A DNA stretch of 64,000 nt from positions 352,001 through 416,000 of the forward strand of contig CAVXWP010000001.1 of NCBI GenBank assembly GCA_963765495.1. Reading direction: 5' to 3'. The position numbers were made by a program, and so were the translations under genes. The notes beneath the pieces were generated by a model. That model did no database searches and was not told where the DNA came from. It saw only the letters and a list, made by a program, of their open reading frames with translations. Shown piece after piece: positions 30,180 to 40,610 of the stretch (the first letter of the stretch is position 1; each line of letters starts with the position of its first letter). The stretch is from Blastocatellia bacterium. GTDB taxonomy: Bacteria > Acidobacteriota > Blastocatellia > UBA7656.

Positions 30180-30734
30180 ATGACTAAATTAATGAGCAAA
30201 ATAATTACACTCGTAGCGGCGCTGGCCATCACAGCTTCAATCGCGGTGGCCCGTCCGGCCTCGTCACAAGATCGGTCGGAGGATCTGTCGCTGACTCAGA
30301 AGAAAGTGCGCCACGAACTGGTAATGATTCCGCGTTACGGCGTGTTCGATAATCTGTCATTTGAAGTTGAAGGCGATACGGTGACGCTCTATGGACAGGT
30401 GGTAAACCCTTCGACTCGGAAGGAAGCCGAGAAGCGCGTCAAGAAGCTTGAGGGCATTGACCGTGTCGTAAATCGGATCGAGGTCTTGCCTCTATCGTCT
30501 TACGACAACACCATTCGCGCGCGCACTTATCGCGCGGTGTTTCGCTCCGGTGGTCTTTACCGCTATGCGATGGGCGCAAACCCGTCCATACACATCATCG
30601 TCAATCGCGGCCACGTGACGCTTGAAGGCGTAGTCTCGAACAAGGGCGACAAGCAACTGGCTTACTTCGCCGCCAATCAGGTGCCGGGCGTTTTTTCAGT
30701 TACCAACAACCTGCGCGTAGAACGCGACAGCTAA
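30180..30734 (+). CDS. Secreted BON-domain protein (OsmY-like)
   Basis: Signal peptide; two BON repeats (VTLYGQV...VVNRIEV; GHVTLEGVV...VTNNLRV). Confidence 0.9.
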   Translation: MTKLMSKIITLVAALAITASIAVARPASSQDRSEDLSLTQKKVRHELVMIPRYGVFDNLSFEVEGDTVTLYGQVVNPSTRKEAEKRVKKLEGIDRVVNRIEVLPLSSYDNTIRARTYRAVFRSGGLYRYAMGANPSIHIIVNRGHVTLEGVVSNKGDKQLAYFAANQVPGVFSVTNNLRVERDS

Positions 30735-30741
30735 CATTTCG

Positions 30742-30773
30742 ACCGGACGAGCCGTATGCGCTCGTCCGGTTTT
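30742..30773 (+). terminator. Intrinsic terminator
   Basis: accggacgagc ... gctcgtccggt followed by T tract. Confidence 0.75.
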
Positions 30774-30866
30774 ATCATATAATTCTTATGTGGTTCATCT
30801 CTGATTTGTGATAGGCATCTTTGAGAGAATGGGCCAGTTTTTACACGAACATTGGAGGTAGCAAAG

Positions 30867-32339
30867 ATGGATGTGAAGTTATCCGGCGTCAGCAGCAAGC
30901 TGGCACGTGCCCGCACGCTTGTTGTTGCTCTAACGCTAATGGTGGGAATGGGCCTGGGTTTTTCAATGCATGATGTTGCTTTTGCGCAGCAAGGGCAGCA
31001 GCAAGGACAGCAGATGGCGACGCCCAGCGATCTGTCGCGCGTCTTTATCAACGTAGCCAAACAGGTCAAACCCGCAGTTGTAAACATAGACGTAGTCGAA
31101 AAACCAAAGCGATCCGCCTCGCGCGGGTTCGAGGGCCTGCCACAGATACCGGGATTCCCGCAGTTTGGAGATATGCAGCCCAGAGAGCAGAAAGGGACCG
31201 GCTCTGGCGTCATCATAAGCTCGGATGGTTACATACTGACAAACAATCACGTAGCCGGCGAAGCCGACGAGATCAAAGTCAAACTCGCCGATGGGCGGCA
31301 GTTCAAAGCCAAACGCATAGGCACGGACCCTGAAACCGATCTGGCAGTGGTCAAGATCGAAGCTACGAATCTGCCTTTTGCCAGACTCGGAAACTCGGAA
31401 AATCTGGAGCAGGGCGAATGGGTGATCGCGCTTGGAAGCCCCTTCGGACTTCAGCAGACGATGACGGCTGGCATAGTCTCGGCCACGGGCCGCGAGCTTA
31501 ATGAGGGCGGGCAGTTTACCCGGTTTATTCAGACCGACGCTTCGATCAATCCCGGAAATTCCGGTGGTCCGCTTGTGAATATGCAGGGCGAAGTAGTCGG
31601 CATCAACACGATGATCTACTCGCGCACGGGCGGCAGCGTAGGCATCGGTTTTGCCATACCGTCAAATCTCGTCAATAACGTTTACGCGCAGTTGATTAAA
31701 AACGGCAAGGTCACGCGTGCTTACCTCGGAGTCTTTCCGGGAGAAGTTACACCCGCGATTGCAAGGGCCGCAAGCTACAACGGCGATGACGGCGCGCTTG
31801 TAAACGACATCGTCAGAGAAGACTCTCCGGCGGCGAAGGCCGGTCTGCACAGCGGCGACATCATCACCGAAGTAGACGGCAAATCAATCAAAACGGCCAG
31901 AGACCTGGTTGAGATCGTGGCCAATCTACCTGTCGGCAAGGATGTACCGGTCAAGTATGTGCGCAATGGTCGCCTCCAGACTACGACGGTTAAACTCGCC
32001 GAGCGTCCGGCTGCCGAAGATGCCGAGCAACAGGGTGGCGAAAAGGAAGAAGGAGACGCGGGCAAGCTTGGAATCTTTCCCCAGACAGTCTCTCCTGAAA
32101 TCGCTCGCCAGTTGAAACTGCGGATAAAATCGGGCGTGGTGATTCAAAACGTCCAGCCCGGCAGCCCTGCATCGGAAGCAGGTTTGCAACAGGGTGATGT
32201 GATCCACCGTGTAAACAGCACCGAGATCACAAACAACCAGGATCTGGTCAACGCATTGAAGACGCCCAATAAGGAAGTGGTCTTGCAGATCGAACGCGAC
32301 GGGCGGCTGACATTTGTGACTGTGTCGGTTGAAGATTAA
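30867..32339 (+). CDS. htrA: DegP/HtrA serine protease with two PDZ domains
   Basis: GSGVII, TNNHV, DLAVVK, INPGNSGGPL, two PDZ domains; GGAGG RBS before ATG 30867. Confidence 0.95.
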   Translation: MDVKLSGVSSKLARARTLVVALTLMVGMGLGFSMHDVAFAQQGQQQGQQMATPSDLSRVFINVAKQVKPAVVNIDVVEKPKRSASRGFEGLPQIPGFPQFGDMQPREQKGTGSGVIISSDGYILTNNHVAGEADEIKVKLADGRQFKAKRIGTDPETDLAVVKIEATNLPFARLGNSENLEQGEWVIALGSPFGLQQTMTAGIVSATGRELNEGGQFTRFIQTDASINPGNSGGPLVNMQGEVVGINTMIYSRTGGSVGIGFAIPSNLVNNVYAQLIKNGKVTRAYLGVFPGEVTPAIARAASYNGDDGALVNDIVREDSPAAKAGLHSGDIITEVDGKSIKTARDLVEIVANLPVGKDVPVKYVRNGRLQTTTVKLAERPAAEDAEQQGGEKEEGDAGKLGIFPQTVSPEIARQLKLRIKSGVVIQNVQPGSPASEAGLQQGDVIHRVNSTEITNNQDLVNALKTPNKEVVLQIERDGRLTFVTVSVED

Positions 32340-32369
32340 GCAAACAAAGATGAATCACGTTGTTTGGTG

Positions 32370-32400
32370 AAAGGCGGCCTTAAATTGGCCGCCTTTTTTT
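32370..32400. terminator. Intrinsic, probably bidirectional, terminator
   Basis: aaaggcggcc-ttaaatt-ggccgccttt plus long T tract. Confidence 0.85.
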
Positions 32401-32437
32401 ACGCCCTCTTTTTATGTTCTGTGCGAACGCGACGATT

Positions 32438-32812
32438 TTATTTGAATTTGAGGCCGCAATTCAGGCATTGGTTTTGATCTTTGATCAGCAAAAAGAAGAG
32501 AGAAAAGAGACAGATGACGAAGAAACCGACTACGGTCAAAATTATGGCCCAGGGTGGAATGCCGCCCTTGATAACGCTTGTCGAGCCGCAACGCGGACAC
32601 ATGATCTGGCCCGGGACGGACATCATCTGCGGTTGTGGCTGCTGGTAGCTTGCCGGCGGGTTATAAGTGCCGTAAGAGGCGTCCTCAGGCGGAGGCACCG
32701 AAGGGATATAGCCGGAAGGTGGTCTCTGCTCTTCGCTTGCGAGCGGCGTTGAGCAGTACCGGCAAAAATTGGAATCCTCGCGGTTCTCAGCCCCGCATCT
32801 TTTGCACTTCAT
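32438..32812 (-). CDS. Zinc-ribbon plus LITAF-like membrane zinc-finger protein
   Basis: CKRC...CRYC; Pro-rich linker; CPRC-hydrophobic segment-CLNC. Confidence 0.75.
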   Translation of the reverse strand: MKCKRCGAENREDSNFCRYCSTPLASEEQRPPSGYIPSVPPPEDASYGTYNPPASYQQPQPQMMSVPGQIMCPRCGSTSVIKGGIPPWAIILTVVGFFVICLFSLFFLLIKDQNQCLNCGLKFK

Positions 32813-32905
32813 AAAGCTCTCCTGAATGATCCACGTGTTTTGTAGAGACCACAGCAGACTAATGCCGGAGACTCGATTGTGTCAACGACTCGCAGGCGCG
32901 CTGTG

Positions 32906-32943
32906 AATCCGAGATTTGAGATTTGAGGTTTGAAATCCGAGAT
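32906..32943. repeat. Family C heptamer array
   Basis: aatccgagatttgagatttgaggtttgaaatccgagat. Confidence 0.65.
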
Positions 32944-32990
32944 AACCGGCTAAACTCTATTCACGTCTGGTATAATCGTATCCGGTAATT

Positions 32991-34223
32991 ATGGAGAAGA
33001 TGAGGATTCGACCGGGATATCTTCCCTACATGCTTTCAGCCGCTGTGCTGTTGACGGCCGGTTCGGCCCTGCTCAAAAACGGGGCGCTCGTGCCCGCGCT
33101 CGGGTGTTGGGCGCTGCTCGTGCCTCTGGGTCTGGCTGCGGCCCTCGACTACATAGAATTTGACGGAGAGGTGATCAGACACAAAGGGCCGCTCGCTTTT
33201 CTGATGGCCAATCTCGCAAACGTCCGCCGAGAGATTCCCATCTCAGAGGTGGAAACCATCACTACTGAAACAAGCAGCCTCGGCCTTGCCAGCGGCGAGG
33301 CGCGAATGAGCTATCACACGCGAATCAGCGGAGCGGGTGTCGAGATAATAATTCGCTCGCGCCGCTCCGGGTATGTTCCCTTCATAAGGGCGCTCTTTAA
33401 GGCGGCAGGCCCCGACAAACTCGATCCTCGATCATTCGAGCTTTTCGAGTACTTCGAATCTCGCGGCGCGCTCAAGAATACGCCTGTCCTCAGAAGCGAA
33501 ATAGCCGTCCTGCCCGTGCCGCTGCTGCGTCGCATAGCCAATTCGCTCAGACTTGCCGGTAGGCTCACGCAGGCGTCCAGCTATTTTCGAATCGCTTATG
33601 AAAAAGAGCCGCGCAATCCCGAATTGCTTTACGAAATGTCGCGCTTTTTTCATTCGTCGGCTCAGACCGAAGACACGCGATTGATTCAGAGGTCGGATGC
33701 GTGTCTTCGTCTGGCCTCGCGGCTGGCAGGTACGGAGCCGGGTCTGCTTGAGAGAATCGGTGAGGCTTTTTTTGAGCGCCTCGATTACAAGCGGGCAAGC
33801 GATTGCTTTCGGCGTGCTCTGGCCGTCGAACCGGGCCGCTTCCGCGCAAATGTAGGTCTGGCCGAAATCGCGCTGCGAGACGGAAAACTTGCGCACGTCG
33901 CGCACTTTTACAACGCGGCGGCGGCAAGCGAAGACGGGGCGCTCTCCAGGCTTGCGGCACGCGAAGCCCGCTATTACGAGCGTCTTGTCCGAGACGACGA
34001 TTTTCTCGAATCCGAGCTTCGCCGCATTCGCATAGCAAATCAGATTCGCTGGCTCAGACGGCTTTCGGCGCTGACATTCTTTGGAGCGTGGCTTGTGGGC
34101 GGACTTGCGGGCCGCCTTCATTTTGTGTTCGAGCAGTTCGGCTGGGCATTGATGGCTTCAAGCGGGCTTGCCTGGTGCGTAGCCGCTATCGCCTTGCGCT
34201 ACCTGCTCAGACGTAATACCTGA
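32991..34223 (+). CDS. Membrane protein with TPR-like region
   Basis: N- and C-terminal TM pairs, central TPR-like helices; TGnTATAAT upstream. Confidence 0.7.
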   Translation: MEKMRIRPGYLPYMLSAAVLLTAGSALLKNGALVPALGCWALLVPLGLAAALDYIEFDGEVIRHKGPLAFLMANLANVRREIPISEVETITTETSSLGLASGEARMSYHTRISGAGVEIIIRSRRSGYVPFIRALFKAAGPDKLDPRSFELFEYFESRGALKNTPVLRSEIAVLPVPLLRRIANSLRLAGRLTQASSYFRIAYEKEPRNPELLYEMSRFFHSSAQTEDTRLIQRSDACLRLASRLAGTEPGLLERIGEAFFERLDYKRASDCFRRALAVEPGRFRANVGLAEIALRDGKLAHVAHFYNAAAASEDGALSRLAAREARYYERLVRDDDFLESELRRIRIANQIRWLRRLSALTFFGAWLVGGLAGRLHFVFEQFGWALMASSGLAWCVAAIALRYLLRRNT

Positions 34224-34268
34224 CGATTGATCCGAGCCGCGCAGGACTGATCACAACGCGGAATTGCC

Positions 34269-36557
34269 TTACGGTAAGAACTCTTTCACCTTTGCCAGCA
34301 CCGCGTTTATCTCGTCTAACTCCTTCTCAATATCTTCGGTCTCCTTGTCGCCCTCGTCATAACCGAGATTGGTCAGCACCCGGTTGGCCTGTTCGATAAC
34401 ATACCTGTTCAACTGATCCAACTGATCCGCGAATTGAACTCCAAGCTCGGTCACACCTTCAACCAGTTCCCGCTCGATGCTATCAAACATTTTGGCGGCG
34501 CTCTTGCGCGCGTGCGCCTGGATTATGTCGAGCATAGCATCCTTTACGCCTCGGCCCGTCTTTTGTCTGGCGCGGGCGTAAGCCGGCATCATCATCTCTT
34601 CAATCGTCTTGACTATGGACGAGGCCAGATCGCGCCGAACGCGATCAATCGTTTGCTTGAGCGCCTTCATGACTTCGTCTACCTGAACGCGCAGGTTGCG
34701 GCGTGATATTTCGATATCGCTTTCGATCTGGTCGAGCGTAGCCCGGTCAAACCCACCCGAGGCGCGTGCTTCGGCTTCCAGCCGCACCATAAATATCTCG
34801 TTGCGGCTGCCGAGTTGTTCACATAATTCCGCCAGCATAGTGTCGAGGTTATTGCCGAAAAAGTCGTCCCAGACAAAGATTATCGCCTCAAGCACGGGCT
34901 GAGCGATGTCGGCATTCAGGTTATGGCGCTTGCCTGTCGAAGGACTGTTGAATTTACCGTCGCGGGCGATGATTGCCTTCAGGGTCTGCCCGTTCAACTG
35001 CGACCAGTCGGCAAGCTGTAATTCCACGCCTCGAACGGCCTGACCTACGGCGATCTTTAGCCGTTCTTCAAAGGTTCTTTGCCGCAGGCGAAAGCTCCCT
35101 TCCGTGTGATGGCGAACTCGCTGAAGTTCGCGGTTGAGCACCTGACGCAGACCCTGAAGCCGGGCGCGCATCTGCCCGAGGTTCTTGCTTATTTCGCCGC
35201 GCCGGTCTTCGAGCAAACGGCGGCGCGCATCGAGCGAATGGCTCACCTCTTCAAGCAACAGATCAACCTTGCGTTCGAGGTTTACGACGTGTGACCACGG
35301 CCCTTCATCGCCGCACGCGGATTTCAGATAGTCGAGCAACTCGGGCAACCCCGTGTCTGCGGCCTCAGGGATGCCGTAGTCTCTGAGATGAGCACCTATC
35401 CCGCGAATCTTCATATAAGCAGGGGCAGAAACGCTGAATATGCGCGTGCGCCCGAGTGTCTGCCTCAGACGCAAAAGCATCGGCCCGTCGGTTTCGGTCT
35501 GCTCGGCCAGTTCGATGGCGATTTCGTCGAGGTCGCGCCGGACGTTTTCGATGACTCGTTCGTTGCGTTTGCGAACGATGTCAACGATCTCGAAATTTTC
35601 TGCCAGGCCAAAGCCTTCCACCTCGCTGTCATTGAAGCTGTCTGCGTGTGTGCCGACAAAAGCCAGCGCGTTGACCTTGCCGTCCAGAAGAAGCTGCTGC
35701 AAGAGGCGTTGTTCGAGCAGGAGCATGCGGATGTCTCTGGTCAACCCCCGGCTAAAGACGACCCAGATGAAAGGCGCGTCTCTGAGGTATTTGCGAGTAA
35801 TCTCTTCGCGGGCTTCGTTGGGATCATTGATGCCGGGAAGGTCTATGAGGATTGCGCCGCCCGAAAGCGCCTCGAACGGCCCGAATATATTGACGTATTT
35901 TACAAGCGGCCAGTAACGGCCCTCGCCGCTCAGAAAATCGGTCAATAGCAAGCGAAATGCTGCCGGGTCGTCGCGCTCAAGGATAAGCGGGCGAGCGCCC
36001 TCCTGCATGTAGGCCAGCACCTCTTCGGGCAGGCTCAGGGAGTCGAAATTTATGCGATCTCTCAGGGAAAATTCGTGGGCGTGATAGACGGCGCGCAGTT
36101 TGTCGCGTGTGGCTTTGGGCAACGAGCGCCACTCGCCCGCGCCGGTTGTTTCCTCTTCATCGCCGTTCGTATCTCTGAAAAACTCCGAAGCGCGGAGTTC
36201 GGATTCCCACTCGGCGCGAGTCAGAAAATGCACGTGCGCCTGATAGGCTTTATTTGGGGCGAAGCGAACAGTTGTGATTACGGCCGTGCAGGCGACTATG
36301 GAACTCGTCGGCAGAACCTGCGCCCCCAGGAGCGCGTTTAACAGCGTGGATTTGCCCGCCCCCGTAGGCCCTACCATCGCTATCGGGGTCTGTGGGAACT
36401 CTTCTATCTCTCGCTCAATCTTGTTCAGACGCTCGCGCCATGACCTGACTTCCGCCTCGCGTCTGCCACGAACCAGCCGCGACAACCCATCCGCAAACCA
36501 GACTTCGAGTTCGTGCAGCCGCTCGAACAGGGCTATGACCGGGTCTTTTTTCACCAT
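34269..36557 (-). CDS. Dynamin-family GTPase (SLIP-GC-like)
   Basis: G1 GPTGAGKST, G2 ACTA, G3 IDLPG, G4 THAD; long helical C-terminal stalk; 762 aa. Confidence 0.85.
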   Translation of the reverse strand: MVKKDPVIALFERLHELEVWFADGLSRLVRGRREAEVRSWRERLNKIEREIEEFPQTPIAMVGPTGAGKSTLLNALLGAQVLPTSSIVACTAVITTVRFAPNKAYQAHVHFLTRAEWESELRASEFFRDTNGDEEETTGAGEWRSLPKATRDKLRAVYHAHEFSLRDRINFDSLSLPEEVLAYMQEGARPLILERDDPAAFRLLLTDFLSGEGRYWPLVKYVNIFGPFEALSGGAILIDLPGINDPNEAREEITRKYLRDAPFIWVVFSRGLTRDIRMLLLEQRLLQQLLLDGKVNALAFVGTHADSFNDSEVEGFGLAENFEIVDIVRKRNERVIENVRRDLDEIAIELAEQTETDGPMLLRLRQTLGRTRIFSVSAPAYMKIRGIGAHLRDYGIPEAADTGLPELLDYLKSACGDEGPWSHVVNLERKVDLLLEEVSHSLDARRRLLEDRRGEISKNLGQMRARLQGLRQVLNRELQRVRHHTEGSFRLRQRTFEERLKIAVGQAVRGVELQLADWSQLNGQTLKAIIARDGKFNSPSTGKRHNLNADIAQPVLEAIIFVWDDFFGNNLDTMLAELCEQLGSRNEIFMVRLEAEARASGGFDRATLDQIESDIEISRRNLRVQVDEVMKALKQTIDRVRRDLASSIVKTIEEMMMPAYARARQKTGRGVKDAMLDIIQAHARKSAAKMFDSIERELVEGVTELGVQFADQLDQLNRYVIEQANRVLTNLGYDEGDKETEDIEKELDEINAVLAKVKEFLP

Positions 36558-36600
36558 TCAGATTTCTCCTATCGAGAGGCCATTATACAAGTTCCGGCAA

Positions 36601-36711
36601 TAATGCGTGATGCGTGATGCGCGATTTGTAAATCAGCAGATTTGTAAACCGTCTTTAAGAGGCACTCCGGCTAAAAGTCACGCATCACGTATCGCGCATC
36701 ACGCATCACGC
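36601..36711. repeat. Family A heptamer element
   Basis: taatgcgtgatgcgtgatgcgcgat ... tcacgcatcacgtatcgcgcatcacgcatcacgc. Confidence 0.8.
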
Positions 36712-36779
36712 TTTGCGGTTGCACATTTATTGTGCATCGTGCGAGGATAGTGCTTAAATTTGCCCAGCGAGGTATAGGA

Positions 36780-37199
36780 ATGTCAGCCGAGCCGCCTTCG
36801 GTATTGCTGGTTGAAGATAATCAGGATACGCGCAAAATGCTTGAGCACCTTTTTGAAGAATGGGGTTATCGCGCGACGATGGCTGGCACTGCAATCGAAG
36901 GATTAAAACGCGTCTTTGAGCGCAGGTTCGATATTATCATCCTCGACGACTGGCTGCCCGACCTTGACGGGATAGAGCTTTGCCGCCAGATGCGGGAGGT
37001 AGACGATCAGACTCCTATCATCTTCTTTTCGGCGGCCGGTATGGGGAGCGAAGACAGCCGGGCATTTGCCGCAGGCGCCAATGCTTATATCCATAAGGGA
37101 ACGGGGCTTGGCTTGCTGCGCGAGGCGATGACTAAAGTCCTGAGCAAGAATAATCGCCAGCCCTCTGACAATCTCCGGCTTCCCACAACTGACGATTAA
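36780..37199 (+). CDS. Single-domain response regulator
   Basis: LLVEDN, IILDDWLPDLDG, FFSA, AGANAYIHK. Confidence 0.9.
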   Translation: MSAEPPSVLLVEDNQDTRKMLEHLFEEWGYRATMAGTAIEGLKRVFERRFDIIILDDWLPDLDGIELCRQMREVDDQTPIIFFSAAGMGSEDSRAFAAGANAYIHKGTGLGLLREAMTKVLSKNNRQPSDNLRLPTTDD

Positions 37200-37310
37200 T
37201 TGGATTTAATCCAAAAAAGTAGTAACCGGCCTGCACTTTTGGCGGTATATATGCACTTGAAGCGGTTTTCTCATAATCAAACCAACAACTGAACTCACCC
37301 GGAGGTAAAA

Positions 37311-38963
37311 ATGAAGAAACGATATACGACCGTTTTCCTGCTGGTATTGAGCCTCTTAATATCCGGCGTTGCGGCCACGGCGCAGGCCCAACAGGAGAAA
37401 GTGGATCTTGAGGCGATTGCCAAAATCAAAGAGGAAGGCGACAAAAATTCTCAGGTCATGGATATTCTCAGCTACATGACCGATGTCTACGGGCCCAGGC
37501 TTACCGGCTCTCCCCAACTCAAAGAAGCGCAGGAATGGGCGAAGAGTACCTTAGCCAAGTGGGGGCTTGAAAACGCGCATCTGGAAGCCTGGGGGCCGTT
37601 TGGACGCGGGTGGTCGCTGGAAGGGTTTTCAGCTAACGTAACCGAACCGCATTTCACACCCCTGATCGCTTATCCGAAAGCGTGGTCTCCGAGCACGAAC
37701 GGCGCGGTTCGCGGTCGCGTCGTCTATCTTGATGCAAAAAACGAAGCCGACCTCGAAAAGTATAAAGGCAAGCTCAAAGGCGCAATCGTTTTGATCGCTT
37801 CGCCGCGCGAAGTAAAGGCGCACTTTGACCCGCAGGGAACGCGCAGGGACGACGCAAATCTGTTGAAGCTCGCGGATGCCGACATGCCTGCGGGCGGCGA
37901 TCAGAGACGCCGTTTCCAGATGAGTGACGAACAGAGGGCGGCCTTCGCGCTCGCAAACAAGAAGATGATGATGGCCAACGAGGAAGGCGCAGCCGTCGTG
38001 CTTGAGCCGGGACCGGGCGATGGCGGAACAATCTTTGTCAGCGCGGCAAGCATTCCCGCCTCAGGCGAGACGAACCCCTTCAACAGACCTCGCCCGTGGG
38101 CTACGGACGCGCCAAAGTTCTCGCCCCAGGTGGTCGTGGCCGCCGAACATTACAACCGCATCGTGCGGATGATAGAAAAGGGCGTGCCCGTTCAGATGGA
38201 AGTCAACATCAGCAGCAAGTACTATGATAAGGATTTGATGAACTACAACGTGATTGCCGAGATACCGGGCACAGACCTGAAAGACGAAATCGTCATGCTT
38301 GGCGGTCACTACGATTCTTGGCACGCGGGCACAGGAGCTACAGACAACGGCGCAGGTTCAGCCGTGGCAATGGAAGCCGTGCGTATAATCAAATCTCTCG
38401 GCCTCAAACCGCGCCGCACGATCCGCATAGCTCTGTGGAGCGGTGAAGAGCAGGGGCTTCTCGGGTCGCGGGCCTATGTCGCCGAGCATTTCGGCAAGCG
38501 GGTGGATCAGAGAGGCCAGAACGCCCCTGATACAAATCCGCAATTCGAACTCACGCCCGAATGGAAGAAGCTGGTCGCTTACTTCAATCTCGATAACGGC
38601 ACGGGCAAGATTCGCGGCGTCTACATGCAGAGCAACGAAGAAGTGCGCCCGATCTTTAGGGCGTGGCTCGCTCCGTTCAAAGATATGGGCGCGACCACGT
38701 TGACGCTTGCCAATACGGGCGGAACCGACCACCTCAGTTTCGATGCCGTAGGCTTGCCCGGGTTCCAGTTCATACAGGACGAGATCGAGTACGGCAGCCG
38801 CACTCACCACTCGAACATGGATGTTTACGACCGCATACAGCCGGACGACATGAAGCAGGCGGCCACCATCATGGCGGCCTTTGTTTACAACGCGGCCATG
38901 CGCGACGACAAGTTGCCGCGCAAGCCTCTGCCCGGTCAGCCCGAAGCCCGCTCCGGGAACTAA
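37311..38963 (+). CDS. Secreted M28-family metallopeptidase (carboxypeptidase Q-like)
   Basis: GPRLTGS, GGHYDSW, GATDNG, GEEQGL, NLDNG, TDH, THHS. Confidence 0.92.
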   Translation: MKKRYTTVFLLVLSLLISGVAATAQAQQEKVDLEAIAKIKEEGDKNSQVMDILSYMTDVYGPRLTGSPQLKEAQEWAKSTLAKWGLENAHLEAWGPFGRGWSLEGFSANVTEPHFTPLIAYPKAWSPSTNGAVRGRVVYLDAKNEADLEKYKGKLKGAIVLIASPREVKAHFDPQGTRRDDANLLKLADADMPAGGDQRRRFQMSDEQRAAFALANKKMMMANEEGAAVVLEPGPGDGGTIFVSAASIPASGETNPFNRPRPWATDAPKFSPQVVVAAEHYNRIVRMIEKGVPVQMEVNISSKYYDKDLMNYNVIAEIPGTDLKDEIVMLGGHYDSWHAGTGATDNGAGSAVAMEAVRIIKSLGLKPRRTIRIALWSGEEQGLLGSRAYVAEHFGKRVDQRGQNAPDTNPQFELTPEWKKLVAYFNLDNGTGKIRGVYMQSNEEVRPIFRAWLAPFKDMGATTLTLANTGGTDHLSFDAVGLPGFQFIQDEIEYGSRTHHSNMDVYDRIQPDDMKQAATIMAAFVYNAAMRDDKLPRKPLPGQPEARSGN

Positions 38964-38964
38964 A

Positions 38965-39059
38965 GTGATGCGTGATGCGTGATTTACAAGTCTTGCAAAT
39001 ACTCTTTTTACAGGCAGGCTCTTGATAATCACGCATCACTCTTCACTCTTCACGCATCG
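38965..39059. repeat. Family A heptamer element between convergent genes
   Basis: gtgatgcgtgatgcgtgat ... atcacgcatcactcttcactcttcacgcatcg; supplies the stop of the 39043 gene. Confidence 0.8.
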
Positions 39060-39918
39060 TGCTCTTGCGCCGCGCGGCCCGCAGGAACTGATCATCGAAT
39101 CTTCTAGCAAAAGGAATAAATCGGTGCTTCTCTTTGAAAGCTTCGGTCTCGCGCATCGCGTTGAATCCGCAACCTGTGATAATGCGATCAGCCGAAGGGA
39201 AAAAAATCGACGCAGGGTAAAAATCGAGATGCGCGATTCCTGAACGCAACTCCTCGGGTCGCTCGGGCGAGATCAGAACTATTTTTGGATTGCCCCCCTC
39301 TATCCGGCTCATCTCTTCGCCGTAGGCGATAAGCTCCGCTATCTCTTCTTCCGGCCCCGAGTGAACCACTAACCAGACGGGGCGGCCCTCGCTTCTCAAT
39401 TCTTCGATTATCTTTCCGGCTTTCCTGCTCACGCTTCGATCAGGTTCGCCGAGCGTCAACGGCGATATTTTATTTGAATGGGTGTGAAGGAACTCCGCGT
39501 GGGACGCGGCCAGCGGCTCAAGCATCCACGTATGGCGAAAAGTCGGAGGCTTGCCCGCAAGCAGTTTCGCGTACTCCGGCCATCGAAGAAGACGCGCTAT
39601 GTGATAAATTCCGGTGTTGTCGGGAAAAGAAAAATCGCAGAACTCGCCGATTATACCTGCGGGGAAAGTATCTATAAAAACAGCCGAGGGGCGAGTGCGC
39701 GAAAAGACTTCCGTGAGCCACGCCCTGTAAAGCGGCGGGGCAGAAGCCATCTCAAAGGGAACCGCGATAACACCCGTGCCGCCCGTAACGCGCCTGTCTC
39801 TGCCAAAGGAAGAGGCCGTCATAATGGCGGTCTCTTCGCCTGCGGCCAAAGCATTGAGCACAGCGCGAGCGCGGGTCAGATGGCCTAGCCCACCTCCCTG
39901 TGCGTAATAGAGAATCAT
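39043..39918 (-). CDS. GT-B fold glycosyltransferase-like protein (GT28/MurG-like)
   Basis: YYAQGGGLGHLTR, IDTFPAG, ITGCGFN...E, RRFDDQFLRA. Confidence 0.75.
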   Translation of the reverse strand: MILYYAQGGGLGHLTRARAVLNALAAGEETAIMTASSFGRDRRVTGGTGVIAVPFEMASAPPLYRAWLTEVFSRTRPSAVFIDTFPAGIIGEFCDFSFPDNTGIYHIARLLRWPEYAKLLAGKPPTFRHTWMLEPLAASHAEFLHTHSNKISPLTLGEPDRSVSRKAGKIIEELRSEGRPVWLVVHSGPEEEIAELIAYGEEMSRIEGGNPKIVLISPERPEELRSGIAHLDFYPASIFFPSADRIITGCGFNAMRETEAFKEKHRFIPFARRFDDQFLRAARRKSTMREE

Positions 39919-40610
39919 CGGCCTCGCGTGAGGATTTCGGCCATGATGATGTAGCGTTCCATCTCTGGAATCTTATCCATAAGCATCACGCCGTAAAGCG
40001 ACGAATAACGGTCGGTGTTGATGTCGTAGAGTTCGGCTTCGGACGTGTTTTTGACTTTGACCTTTCCACGGTCTCGATAGAAATTGACCTTGCCGATCTC
40101 CGTTGTGTCGCGCAGTACTTTCACGCGATCAGGAGTCTTTGTCTCAAGCACAAAGGGATTTGCGCCTTCTTCATTGTCGCTGATCTTGATCTTGTCTACG
40201 GCGAGCTTGACCTTCCACAGCAGCTTGCCGTCATTGTTTCTGACCTTGAAACCTCTCTCGCCCTCTTTGACTTCGGCAAACTGGCCGCTGCCTTCGATCA
40301 CGTATTTGCGCTTGCCGGTCTCTTTCGATTCGCCTTTGAGCACCCTTGTCTGACCGTTGGATGTGAATTCGATTCGCATGTCCTGGCCCTGCGGTTCGAA
40401 TTCGACTACGGGTTTATCGTCGGGAGTCTTGACCTTGATCTTTCCAGAGGCCGCCGCGCCGGTTGTAGTCGAGGCGCTGGTATCTTTTCTGGCGCTGTTT
40501 GTATTGGCCGCGCCCTCGGGCGCTTTTTCAGAAGCCGCCTCGTGGCAGGCCCCCGTTGCCACAAGGATTATTAAAGAGAGGATATAGAAAAGCGTGATTC
40601 TGGTTTTCAT
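39915..40610 (-). CDS. Lys-rich beta-sheet lipoprotein, unknown function
   Basis: Lipobox-like TGAC; ATGA overlaps with both neighbours. Confidence 0.75.
   Translation of the reverse strand: MKTRITLFYILSLIILVATGACHEAASEKAPEGAANTNSARKDTSASTTTGAAASGKIKVKTPDDKPVVEFEPQGQDMRIEFTSNGQTRVLKGESKETGKRKYVIEGSGQFAEVKEGERGFKVRNNDGKLLWKVKLAVDKIKISDNEEGANPFVLETKTPDRVKVLRDTTEIGKVNFYRDRGKVKVKNTSEAELYDINTDRYSSLYGVMLMDKIPEMERYIIMAEILTRGR

Noticed and set aside
36601-36711. Repeat-spacer-repeat pattern considered as CRISPR
   Set aside because: The units are 7-mers in inverted arms and dispersed singly; there are no 25-40 bp direct repeats with unique spacers and no cas genes.
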